Shown: positions 19,301 through 27,346 of the stretch, piece after piece
How the letters are laid out: each line of letters starts with the position of its first letter
How positions within the stretch are numbered: position 1 is the stretch's first letter
NCBI GenBank assembly: GCA_038064575.1
Contig: JBBTST010000002.1
Span: forward strand, 9,992 to 73,991
DNA length: 64,000 nt
DNA from: Patescibacteria group bacterium
GTDB taxonomy: Bacteria > Patescibacteriota > WWE3 > UBA101185 > 2-01-FULL-41-18
Direction of reading: 5' to 3'
Made by a program: the position numbers and the translations under genes
Notes under the pieces: generated by a model
What the model was told of the DNA's origin: nothing
Database searches by the model: none
Seen by the model: only the letters and a program-made list of their open reading frames with translations

Positions 19301-19467
19301 TAGACCTGAAACTGAAAGTTGATCTAATCATGGACAAGTCTTTAGAGGAAGGCATTTCTTTGGAAGAGGGTAGGAATCTTCTGAATTATCAGAAAAATTT
19401 GGATATGTTAATAAAAATAAGAGAACAAAAGTTAAGTTCTTTTGATGAAAGTGGGGATAAGCAGTGA
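16378..19467 (+). CDS. Fusion membrane protein: O-antigen ligase/Wzy_C-like domain, PMT/ArnT-like GT-C domain, and a C-terminal soluble coiled-coil region
   Basis: 1029 aa. The Wzy_C-like signature …TNSRSAWIGFAAAITLIAL… sits around aa 235-255. A PMT_2/ArnT-like signature …ERNHLIPWDEAIYAKVAKNMVKNKEYFTLFWDSSKPWFEKPPLYMWFSALLIHVFGVSGFSAKLPSAIFGLGTLGVVYMIGRRLFG… sits around aa 485-570. The last roughly 150 aa (EKQLLDEAIIDLKLKVD…) are charged and coiled-coil-like. Confidence 0.7.
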   Translation: MFFSELFLVISIFVLCLFLAHEDLRSAFVFLLLVSPLLHKEVFSLVRWDLLPIRIVMLSILFVCGVKFIFFVKKKKLSQMKEYINDPLLILLCLLWGIRLLSLINSKNLGASLLIFSFFTTMVFLYILIVYLSKKYKEKFVLTSIKFYSLVSLATAIIALLQFYLDYKYKIIFGALWRIPGKLSRVGSVFWDVNHYAGYISAMIPIVIGLMLASKTLFSRLFYAISALIMTIVLLLTNSRSAWIGFAAAITLIALRVFIQKFGSKKLLLVFTLIAVVFVYGLKEFNIKESVFREKIRSYFQYRGDSFASHFMLLTGAYQIFESHPVLGGGYGSFFEHFKDTPVAATYYARDPAALSGRVPAHSIWGEVLSETGFVGFTIFVLLVLFILGTVYYSSRVLESKNSIGESNMIFSFGSAIVAFLVSGIFYSYNAEFFFIILFLTFVYARLVLGEKYDPFIIFSYISQKKSFLGVLILLISTFLIFSDLERNHLIPWDEAIYAKVAKNMVKNKEYFTLFWDSSKPWFEKPPLYMWFSALLIHVFGVSGFSAKLPSAIFGLGTLGVVYMIGRRLFGGLTGFLAAISLVSTVYFLRYSRIGMLDVSTTFFIALALYFYYFSLDSKEGRFRFLAYILSGLSCGLAFMTKGVVGLLPVFVILASEIYLLITKEKKLNLKSYWHFIFFFLVAFLTIALPWHLWMFVKYKYTFLNSYFGYHVVKRVTESIEDKGQPFFWYLVVLRTSMRLWFPVLLGSLGAFGFSVLGKKVGENTKFKSAVFQLFKDYNSRNSVLILIQFLVIFSFFSISVSKIIWYITPLYVSASLLVSYTIVYFYEKVLFRIDPERRLGYKFILVFLTASFGLFYLFTVRQLAYLSNDTGAKARIIMEKDRLVGLSPKLFYDRIEKPLAVYYSDGEIQEIDYTPLVDEISDAGFGESIVFITKQSRFDKLQTKFSNITLLASDEELRLGIAKSEKQLLDEAIIDLKLKVDLIMDKSLEEGISLEEGRNLLNYQKNLDMLIKIREQKLSSFDESGDKQ

Positions 19468-20628
19468 AATTGCAACCAAGGATAGAAAAGAGCTTCCTAG
19501 GTTTGAGAAAGCTACTCCAAAAACCCCAACAGTCTTAATCAAAACTAAGTTAAGAGTAAGTAGTATAAATATTTTCAATAGTTGAACGGTAAAAAGTACC
19601 TTTGTTTTATGAAAAATATAATATATGTTTTCCAAAAATGAGGAAGATGCCGTAAGGGCCGCGCTTATTGAAAGAATATAACTTAATTCTATTAAACTTT
19701 GATACTTGTCATTGAATATAAATTTTAATAAGGGTCCTGTTGCAGCAAGCATTACAAAAAGTGAAAGAACCAGATACACAAGCGGTAAAAAAACAGTTTT
19801 TGAGGTCAGTAGCCCCTTCTTTGTCTGTTGGGCGTTTTTTGGAAGGAAAACGGTAAACAAAGTTAAGGAAGCTAGTGAAAAAATAGTTGATATTTTTTCA
19901 GCCAAAGCAAAGGAGGCAACTTGAGTTAATCCTAAACTGGACTTGATCATTGTGCTATTTATCAAAGGTACTATAAGAATTAATGCTTGAGACACACCAG
20001 CAGGGGTTCCCAGTACAAGGAGCTGTTTTACCTTACCTTTTTCTTCAGACTCAGTCTTGGTTTGAATTGAACTGAGTGCTTTCTTGGAAAAAGCTAATGG
20101 AAATGCAACCAATAAAGAAGCCAGATAAAGAAGAGAGAACTGATAAAAGTTATAGGAAACAACTGAGGCTATGGCAAGTAATGCGAATACAGCTTTTACA
20201 ACTGCAGGCAGAAAGTTTATAAGAGAAGTCTTAAGAAAATCTTCTTTTAGTTGGAATAAGGCAAATAGGTAGTCGTTGATTAAATAGCCTATAAATCCTA
20301 AGGAAAGAGCAAAAAAAGTGTAAAAATCAGAAATTGAAAAAAAGTTGAGGAATGCAAAACACAAAACAAAAGCAACAAGGCCAAAATAAACCTTTAGTTT
20401 AAGAAGTGCTTTTGAATAGTCAGTTTTTTCTTGTATAGAGAGAGTAACAAACGCCGGAGTTGTACCAAGCTCTGTGATTTTGGCAAAGAAGACAAAGCTT
20501 GCTGTTAGTACAGCAAACTTAGCGTAGTCGTCTGTTGGAAGTAATCTTGCAGAGGCTATTAGAAAGATAAAACCCCCAATACCATTTGCTAGGTTGGATA
20601 CGCCAACCATGAGGAGATTTTTTGTCAT
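19432..20628 (-). CDS. Polysaccharide flippase (Wzx/MOP superfamily)
   Basis: About 12 TM helices throughout. The likely start is MTKNLLMVGVSNLANGIGGFIFL… (ATG at 20628); the ORF-track start at 20751 would overlap the divergent GT2 gene. The 3' end overlaps the upstream fusion gene by 36 nt. Confidence 0.65.
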   Translation of the reverse strand: MTKNLLMVGVSNLANGIGGFIFLIASARLLPTDDYAKFAVLTASFVFFAKITELGTTPAFVTLSIQEKTDYSKALLKLKVYFGLVAFVLCFAFLNFFSISDFYTFFALSLGFIGYLINDYLFALFQLKEDFLKTSLINFLPAVVKAVFALLAIASVVSYNFYQFSLLYLASLLVAFPLAFSKKALSSIQTKTESEEKGKVKQLLVLGTPAGVSQALILIVPLINSTMIKSSLGLTQVASFALAEKISTIFSLASLTLFTVFLPKNAQQTKKGLLTSKTVFLPLVYLVLSLFVMLAATGPLLKFIFNDKYQSLIELSYILSISAALTASSSFLENIYYIFHKTKVLFTVQLLKIFILLTLNLVLIKTVGVFGVAFSNLGSSFLSLVAISLLIPTFIKRT

Positions 20629-20683
20629 AGAGAAATCATAGCATTTTTGCCTAAAAGACCCTAAAAAAGGTAGAATTGTATGA

Positions 20684-21637
20684 ATGATCTCTTTAATATC
20701 CACACTTTTCAATGAAAATGAAAACCTGCAGTTGTTTCTTGATGATATCAAGAACCAAACTCAAAAACCTGAGGAGGTGGTTTTTGTTGATGCCGGTTCT
20801 ACTGATGGTTCGTTTGAGTTAATGGCAGGGAAGTTAAAAACACTAGTTAAAGAGGGTTGTAATAGATCTGAGGGAAGAAACCTTGCTATAAATGAAGCTA
20901 AAGGTGACGTTATTGCCGTTTGTGACGGAGGAACAAGACTTGATTCAAACTGGCTTAAAATTCTCACTGCTCATTTCAAAGATCCCAACATTCATGTGGT
21001 CTCAGGGTTTTTTAAACCGGATGCCAGAACCTTTTTTGAAAAATGTTTGTCTAGTGCCACAATCCCAATTTTAGAAGAAATAGAGGAGGAAAAGTTTTTG
21101 CCATCCTCAAGGTCTCTAGCATTCAGACGGCAAGTTTGGAAAGATGTGAAGGGTTATCCGCAATGGCTCCCGGTTTGTGAAGATTTAATCTTTGATATTA
21201 AATTGAAGAAGAACGGCTTTACCTTTAAGTTTGAACCAAAAGCTATAGTTTATTGGAGACCCAGAAAAAATATCCAGGCTTTTTTTAAACAATACTATAT
21301 GTATGCCAAAGGGGATGGGCACGCAAAGTTATGGTTTGCCAGGCATGTGATTAGATATACCGCTTATTTCACCGGCTTGCTTCTAATTTATTTATCTTTT
21401 AGCGTTTCCTTTTTGTGGCTGTTACCTTTTTTTGCAGCGCAACTTGGTTACTTTAGCAAGTTTTATTACAGATATATGGGGCATTTTGAACAAGATCCGG
21501 AGTATAAAATTGGCGCTGCGTTTCCTTTAATATCCTTTCTTGTTGTAACCGGGGATATTGCCAAAATGGTTGGCTATCCAGTGGGTATTTATGAGCGGGT
21601 TACTAAAAAGATTAAATTTGAAGAGTATAGAAAGTAA
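20684..21637 (+). CDS. Glycosyltransferase family 2 with C-terminal TM helices
   Basis: The N-terminal ISLISTLFNENENLQLFLDDI…VVFVDAGSTDGS fits the GT2 pattern (I-S-x-I-x-P-x-x-N-E … hhhhDxxSxD). The C-terminus is hydrophobic (FTGLLLIYLSFSVSFLWLLPFF). Confidence 0.75.
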   Translation: MISLISTLFNENENLQLFLDDIKNQTQKPEEVVFVDAGSTDGSFELMAGKLKTLVKEGCNRSEGRNLAINEAKGDVIAVCDGGTRLDSNWLKILTAHFKDPNIHVVSGFFKPDARTFFEKCLSSATIPILEEIEEEKFLPSSRSLAFRRQVWKDVKGYPQWLPVCEDLIFDIKLKKNGFTFKFEPKAIVYWRPRKNIQAFFKQYYMYAKGDGHAKLWFARHVIRYTAYFTGLLLIYLSFSVSFLWLLPFFAAQLGYFSKFYYRYMGHFEQDPEYKIGAAFPLISFLVVTGDIAKMVGYPVGIYERVTKKIKFEEYRK

Positions 21638-21639
21638 GT

Positions 21640-22560
21640 ATGGTAGATGTTTCAGTACTGATTTTGAATTATAAGTCTAAGGAGTGGGTTTGGAGGAATC
21701 TTACAGCTTTGAAGCAGTCAATTGAATATACTCAAAAGAAGAATGTTACTTTTGAGGTCATAGTTATTGATGGTACTGAGGGCGGTGACGGGACTTGTCC
21801 TATGGTATGGGAAAATTTTAAAGAGTTTTCTTGTTTGGACCTTAAGAAGAATTTGGGTTTTCCAAGTGGAAACAACCAAGGCTTAAAAGTGGCAAAAGGT
21901 AGGTACATTTTGCTACTTAACCCTGATGCATTAGTTGAGGACAACACACTTGCTCAAATGGTGGAGTTTATGGATTTAAGAACTGATGTAGGTGTTGCTA
22001 CCTGTAAGCTTGTGCTATTAAAGACGGGGAAAATTGATCCGGCATCCCACAGAGGTGTGCCTACCCCATGGGCTTCCCTTATGTACTATACTAAGCTTGA
22101 GGCAATCTTTCCTAGATCCAAGTTGTTTGGAGGGTATCATATGGGTTGGGAGGATTTAGAGAGAGAGCATGAAATTGGTGCGTGCGCAGGGTCATTTATG
22201 ATGATAAGGAGGCAGGCTTTGGAAGCTATTGGTGGAAAATTTGATGAAGCATATTATATGTATGCAGAGGATATTGATACCTGTTTTAGGATACTTAAAA
22301 AAGGCTGGAAGATAATGTATTATCCTTATGTTAAATGTTTTCATTATAAAGGGTCCAATTCTGGTATAAAAAAGGAAACTCAAAAAGAAACTTTGGTGAG
22401 TAAAGAGGGTAAGATTAAAGCAATAAATGCCTTTTGGGATGACAATAAGTTGTTTTTTAATAAACATCTTAAGTCCCATCTCCCGCTTTTTGTGACTTAT
22501 CTTGTGTATATAGGGGTGTATGTTAAGAAATGGATTGCGCTTAAGAGATTGCATGTATAG
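21640..22560 (+). CDS. Glycosyltransferase family 2
   Basis: VSVLILNYKSKEWVWRNL…FEVIVIDGTEGGDG…LLLNPDALVEDNTL shows the GT2 DxD-type organisation. Confidence 0.75.
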   Translation: MVDVSVLILNYKSKEWVWRNLTALKQSIEYTQKKNVTFEVIVIDGTEGGDGTCPMVWENFKEFSCLDLKKNLGFPSGNNQGLKVAKGRYILLLNPDALVEDNTLAQMVEFMDLRTDVGVATCKLVLLKTGKIDPASHRGVPTPWASLMYYTKLEAIFPRSKLFGGYHMGWEDLEREHEIGACAGSFMMIRRQALEAIGGKFDEAYYMYAEDIDTCFRILKKGWKIMYYPYVKCFHYKGSNSGIKKETQKETLVSKEGKIKAINAFWDDNKLFFNKHLKSHLPLFVTYLVYIGVYVKKWIALKRLHV

Positions 22561-22581
22561 TTTGGTATAATTTGTCAAAAT

Positions 22582-23733
22582 ATGACTTCTGAAATTAGAG
22601 TAGCAATTGTGCATGATGATTTGATTCAGTTTGGTGGGGCTGAGAAAGTGTTTATGGCTCTCCTTGATCTTTATCCTTCTGCTTCTGTTTATACCTCCGT
22701 GATCTCAACCGAATGGAAAGATATACTCCAGAAGAAAAAGATCAATGTTTCAACTTCCTTTATGCAGAGCCTTATAAATGCGGTTTCCTGGAATAGATTT
22801 TATTCAACTTTCTTATTTCATCTGATTGCCTTTGAACGATTTGATTTGTCTTCTTTTGACCTTGTAATTTCTTCCTCCTCAAGATTTGCTCATGGCGTAA
22901 TCACAAAGCCCGATACCAAACACATTTGCTATATGCATTCTCCTGGGAGAATGTTTTGGGAGCAATCAAAGTATTTTGAGAATGAAAAACTAAGTAAAAA
23001 TATCTTTGGAAGAATTGTTTATACTTTGGGTTCTTTTCCGTTGTCTTTTATGAGGCTTTGGGATTATGCCGCTTCTCAAAGAGTAGACATGTTTGTATCT
23101 AACTCTATAGGTGTGCACAATAAAATTACAAGATTTTATCAGAGAGATTCTTCTGTTATCTATCCTTTTTGTGATGTTTCTTACTTTACAGAGCAAGCTT
23201 CTGAGGAAACCGGTTCCAAAGGAGAGTATGGGGAGTTTTATTTGGTGTTATCAAGACTTATTTCTTGGAAGAAAATTGAGATTGCTATTGAGGCGTGTAA
23301 GAAAACAAACAACAAACTCATAATAGCGGGTGATGGTCCTGATAGAAAACGCCTTGAAAAGCTAGCTGGGTCAAACTGCACATTTCTGGGTTTTGTGGAT
23401 GAACCTCAGAAGAAAAAGCTTCTAAGAGATGCTAAAGCTCTTATTCTCACACAGGAAGAGGATTTTGGGCTAACAAGCCTTGAGGCAATGGCTTCAGGAA
23501 CTCCTGTAATAGCATATGGCTTAGGCGGTGCATTGGAAACGGTTGTACCGGGTAACACAGGTGAGTTTTTTTCTCCTCAGACGAGCGCCGCTTTGGCTTT
23601 AATTTTGGAAAAGTTTTCAAGGGATACTTACAAAAGTGAAGTCAGTTTAGCAAGAGCAAAGGAATTTGATAAAACCGTCTTTTTAGGTAAAATGAAGGCC
23701 TTGATTGAAAGCTTCTATGTACCCAAAAATTAA
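22582..23733 (+). CDS. Glycosyltransferase family 1 (GT4)
   Basis: EDFGLTSLEAMASGTPVIAYGLGGALETV is the GT4 signature. An extended -10 (TGGTATAAT at 22563-22571) lies just upstream. Confidence 0.8.
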   Translation: MTSEIRVAIVHDDLIQFGGAEKVFMALLDLYPSASVYTSVISTEWKDILQKKKINVSTSFMQSLINAVSWNRFYSTFLFHLIAFERFDLSSFDLVISSSSRFAHGVITKPDTKHICYMHSPGRMFWEQSKYFENEKLSKNIFGRIVYTLGSFPLSFMRLWDYAASQRVDMFVSNSIGVHNKITRFYQRDSSVIYPFCDVSYFTEQASEETGSKGEYGEFYLVLSRLISWKKIEIAIEACKKTNNKLIIAGDGPDRKRLEKLAGSNCTFLGFVDEPQKKKLLRDAKALILTQEEDFGLTSLEAMASGTPVIAYGLGGALETVVPGNTGEFFSPQTSAALALILEKFSRDTYKSEVSLARAKEFDKTVFLGKMKALIESFYVPKN

Positions 23734-24340
23734 ACGGCTGATGGATATAGCTATATCTTCAACTGCTCTTTTGCTATTTTTTCCTTTTGCTGCCATTTTG
23801 ATGCTTATGATTTTTATAGAAGATAAAGCCTCTCCAATATACCGACAACCAAGAGTGGGAAGGCATAGAAAGCTTTTTAGTTTTTATAAATTTAGATCTA
23901 TGGTGAAAAATGCGGATGAACTTTTATTTTCTAATCCCAGCTTTTTGGAAAGGCTTAGAAGCGGCAATCATAAGATGAAAGATGATCCGAGAATAACAAG
24001 AATTGGAAAATTTATAAGAAAATTTAGTATTGATGAGTTTCCTCAGTTTATAAATGTGTTGATGGGAGATATGAGTTTTGTAGGCCCAAGGCCCTTCAGA
24101 CCTGATGAACTTGAAAAATATGAGAAAAGTGGAAAAGTGTTAAAAGATGCCGTAGACAAGATTTTATCAGTTAAACCGGGAATTACAGGGCTGTGGCAAA
24201 CCGGAGGCAGGTCTGAACTCTCATTTGATGATAGGATTAATATAGAGCTTAAATATGCCACACATTGCTCTCTTATGTTGGATCTGTATATAATCTTTAA
24301 GACGCCGATTGCTGTCTTTCAAGCAAAGGGGGCCTTGTAA
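23717..24340 (+). CDS. Initiating phosphoglycosyl transferase (bacterial sugar transferase, WbaP/PglC C-terminal-domain type)
   Basis: KRLMDIAISSTALLLFFPFAAILMLMIFIEDKASPIYRQPRVG…FYKFRSM…DEFPQFINVLMGDMSFVGPRP is the hallmark of the Bac_transf family. The start may be 23705 or 23717. Confidence 0.85.
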   Translation: MYPKIKRLMDIAISSTALLLFFPFAAILMLMIFIEDKASPIYRQPRVGRHRKLFSFYKFRSMVKNADELLFSNPSFLERLRSGNHKMKDDPRITRIGKFIRKFSIDEFPQFINVLMGDMSFVGPRPFRPDELEKYEKSGKVLKDAVDKILSVKPGITGLWQTGGRSELSFDDRINIELKYATHCSLMLDLYIIFKTPIAVFQAKGAL

Positions 24341-24364
24341 TTAATCGTTAAGGAAAATGAGTCT

Positions 24365-26341
24365 ATGACAATCTCAAATTTTTGGAAACCGAGTACTAAT
24401 TTTAAACTTCCTTTTGGTACTGATTTTGAATCCCTTGATCCTAAGAGAAAAAAGCTATTGAAAGTTCTTGGTATAGTGGGAGCTTCGTTTTTTGCGCTTG
24501 CTTTGGTTGTTGCGATTCTTCTTTTTGTTTTTGTTATCAAGCCTTCCTTAGCCGTCTTGTCCCAAGTAAATAAGCTTAAGGAAGATCAGATGCTTGTGCA
24601 AAAAGCTTTTAAAAACCAGGATATAGATGCTATTAATCTGTCTTTGGAAACTCTTAAAAATGATCTGGAAACCCTAAGAAATGTAAGAGACGCTTCCTTT
24701 CCCTGGGCGGCAAAATTTGGACCGTTTGTGAATTATTACACTGATTCAAATCATTTTATTACTGCGGGAACCTTGGCCGTTGATGCACTTAAGGAATTTG
24801 TTGTTGTTGCTGAACCCTTTGCTGATGCTGCCGGCTTTAAGAAAAATGATATTGTTATTACTGATAGCAGTGCCCCATCGGGTTTTGCGGAGGCCTTTGC
24901 AACTTGGGTAAGAATAATGCCGGAGGTTGCAGGTAATATGGATGGGGTAATTGATAAGTTTGACAAGGTAGGTGATGAACTTTCTCTGGTTGATGCTAGG
25001 CGCTATCCGCAGTCTATAAGCGGCTTTCCTGTGAGATCAAACATAGAGGCTGCGCAGCAGTATTTAACACAGGCTTCTGAATATGGCCCAGATATTAAAG
25101 CTGCCTTAACTATAATACCTCCTCTCCTTGGGGTGGGTCAGGAAAAGAGGTACGCAATAATAATGCAAAACGATGCAGAGATTAGGCCAACAGGGGGTTT
25201 TTGGACCAATTATGCTACATTTAGGATCTTAAACGCAGCTTTAAACTCCGATTTCTCCTCCAAAGACATGTATTCAATGGATGAGATTATTGCAACCACT
25301 GATACCATTTACACATCTCCTTTCCCAAAGCCTTTGGCTCCTTATAGAGACTTTCTAAAAGTAGAGCATACTTATGCAAGAGATGCTAACTTTTCTCCTG
25401 ACTTTGTAACTGCAGTTGATAGCTGGATGTGGTATTACAAGTTTGTTGGAAGAATACAACCTCTTGAGGCAAAGCCAATCAATGGGGTTTTTGCTATTGA
25501 CACACATGTTATTGAAGAGTTGTTAAGAGTTACAGGTCCTGTTGATGTAAATGGGGTTTCCTACAGTGCCGACAATGTTGTTTTGGAACTTGAGAAAATC
25601 GCGAGTCTTGGTTTGAAGGAACAACAGGGTAGAAAGAAGGTTTTGGGAGATTTGATGGAATCCATGCTTATTAACATGTATAGGTCTGAGAGTAATTTGT
25701 GGCCAAAGTTTGTGGAAACTGGAATTAGGCTTGCTGTGGAGAAGCACGCTTTTGCCTATGTTTTCCCAACTCAGGATGAGCAGACTGTAAGAGCTCAGGA
25801 GCTTCTTGAAAAGTATAATTTTTCAGGTCGTATTCAGGAGACTAAAGGTGAAGATTATTCTTTTGTGGTGAGCACCAATCTTGGAGGGGATAAAACAAAT
25901 ACTTTTGTGACTAAGGAAGTGGAGCACAAGATTTTAGAGGAAAACGGTAAATGGGTTCATGATGTGACAATTGATTACAAATACGGACAGCCAAAACCTG
26001 GGTATGAACCTTTAGTCACTGTTTATAGAGACTGGATTAGGGTATATGCGCCTTTAGGAGCAAAGCTCTTGGTTTTAGAGGGAAGCGATGCAAAAACGGA
26101 AGCTGATACTGGGGAAGAAAGAGGCAAAGTGTATTTTGCGGGACATTTAACGCTTGCTCCAAACGAGTCAAAAACAATCAGATTTAAATATGAGTTGCCA
26201 GATGGTGTTGTAAAAAGTGGTTTGTATTCCGTCTATTTGCAAAAACAGGGTGGGACAAGTGATGACTTGCATAAAGTTACATTTAACGGCAGAACGATGG
26301 AGGAAAAACTTGTTACTGATAAGACTCTTACTTTCAGATAA
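24365..26341 (+). CDS. N-terminally membrane-anchored extracytoplasmic protein (658 aa), unknown function, last gene of the glycan locus
   Basis: Single N-terminal TM (VLGIVGASFFALALVVAILLFVFVI) followed by a coiled-coil segment and a large hydrophilic domain. No motif recognised. Confidence 0.5.
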   Translation: MTISNFWKPSTNFKLPFGTDFESLDPKRKKLLKVLGIVGASFFALALVVAILLFVFVIKPSLAVLSQVNKLKEDQMLVQKAFKNQDIDAINLSLETLKNDLETLRNVRDASFPWAAKFGPFVNYYTDSNHFITAGTLAVDALKEFVVVAEPFADAAGFKKNDIVITDSSAPSGFAEAFATWVRIMPEVAGNMDGVIDKFDKVGDELSLVDARRYPQSISGFPVRSNIEAAQQYLTQASEYGPDIKAALTIIPPLLGVGQEKRYAIIMQNDAEIRPTGGFWTNYATFRILNAALNSDFSSKDMYSMDEIIATTDTIYTSPFPKPLAPYRDFLKVEHTYARDANFSPDFVTAVDSWMWYYKFVGRIQPLEAKPINGVFAIDTHVIEELLRVTGPVDVNGVSYSADNVVLELEKIASLGLKEQQGRKKVLGDLMESMLINMYRSESNLWPKFVETGIRLAVEKHAFAYVFPTQDEQTVRAQELLEKYNFSGRIQETKGEDYSFVVSTNLGGDKTNTFVTKEVEHKILEENGKWVHDVTIDYKYGQPKPGYEPLVTVYRDWIRVYAPLGAKLLVLEGSDAKTEADTGEERGKVYFAGHLTLAPNESKTIRFKYELPDGVVKSGLYSVYLQKQGGTSDDLHKVTFNGRTMEEKLVTDKTLTFR

Positions 26342-26349
26342 TCATTAAC

Positions 26350-27102
26350 ATGAGGTCTACCAAAGTTGAGGGCATAATTCTCAAGTACAAAAATTATGAT
26401 GAGGCATCCAGACTTTTTACGCTTTTCACAAAGGAAAGGGGAAAGATAAAAGCTGTTGCTAAGGGTGTTAGGCGAATAACGTCTAAGCGTTCTGGGTCTT
26501 TGGATCTCATGAGTCATGTAAGAGTGTCTTTGGTAGAGACTAGGGGTTTACCCCTTATTACTGAAGTGGCTCTTGTTGATAGTTTTGATGCTCTTAAAGG
26601 GAATTTAAAAGATTTTAGCCTATCTTTTTCTGTGCTTGAGATTTTGGATAAGTTTTTTGAGGAAGAGGATCTTAATGAAGAAGCTTTTATGCTTACACTT
26701 GGGTTGTTGAGGAGGGCTGGTAGGTTAACGGGTCTTAAAAGGGAACTTTCATTAGCATATTTTCAATTTAAATTGCTTGCGCTTCTTGGGCTTGATCCAA
26801 TAACAAGCTTTTGTGTTAAGTGTATGAAAGATATTGATGGGCACTCTGAAAAGGTGGTCTTTAACCCCTCAGAGGGCGGTGTGGAGTGTCCTTACTGTTC
26901 AGGTGGGGTAAAGGGGCTTAGTCTTTTGAATGGTACGCTTAAACTTATTTCAGCAATCAAGACTACACAGTTTGATAACCTTGCCTTTGCTGTTATTTCT
27001 CCCGGAAACGTTTATGAGCTTGAAGAAATGATTAAAGTTCATATTGAAGCCAGTCTTAATGAAAAACTTGTTGCATCAAAAATTCTTGTTGGTTTAAAAT
27101 GA
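26350..27102 (+). CDS. recO: DNA repair protein RecO
   Basis: N-terminal OB-fold region (KVEGIILKYKNYDEASRLFTLFTKERGKIKAVAKGVRR) and a C-terminal Cys4 zinc finger (CVKC…CPYC). Confidence 0.8.
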   Translation: MRSTKVEGIILKYKNYDEASRLFTLFTKERGKIKAVAKGVRRITSKRSGSLDLMSHVRVSLVETRGLPLITEVALVDSFDALKGNLKDFSLSFSVLEILDKFFEEEDLNEEAFMLTLGLLRRAGRLTGLKRELSLAYFQFKLLALLGLDPITSFCVKCMKDIDGHSEKVVFNPSEGGVECPYCSGGVKGLSLLNGTLKLISAIKTTQFDNLAFAVISPGNVYELEEMIKVHIEASLNEKLVASKILVGLK

Positions 27103-27139
27103 CAAAATAAGGCAGCTGTGAAAAAATCAAAATTTTTAC

Positions 27140-27346
27140 CAGCTCATGCCTCTGAGAAAGACTTGACGCAGCTTTAATCTTTTTCTATAGTTTGGGAGGC
27201 TAGCGTTGAAGGGGTTGGCATCCCTGAGCTCCTTAATTTTAATAGAGGTGGTTTGGCGTTTGCCAAACAACAAGGATGGAACCGCGAAGAAACCTTCGTT
27301 CCTTGATCTAAGTGATTTTAGGTTAGGGAAGGAAGGTTTATTTTAT
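27140..27346 (+). promoter_or_regulatory. T-box-like leader upstream of glyQS; candidate translational (SD-sequestering) T-box riboswitch
   Basis: GGAUGGAACCGCG at 27274-27286 matches the T-box consensus GGGUGGNACCGCG, with a UGGA bulge that fits tRNA-Gly discriminator U73. A CCUUC at 27293-27297 is complementary to the SD GGAAGG at 27326-27336. GGC-A sits in a stem-loop at 27212-27222. Confidence 0.4.

Noticed and set aside
20684-20751. 68 nt head-to-head overlap between the flippase and the GT2 gene as given by the ORF track
   Set aside because: Resolved by choosing the internal flippase start MTKNLLMVGV (20628), which removes the overlap and leaves a short divergent promoter region.
22192-22614. 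Minus-strand 140 aa ORF
   Set aside because: Antisense to the GT2 gene 21640-22560 and the start of the next GT4 gene; composition-driven.
27206-27346. ORF-track N-terminal extension of glyQS (start at 27206)
   Set aside because: The extension translates the T-box-like leader. GlyRS homology begins at MQEELMNKITSL (27347), which has a good SD 10 nt upstream.
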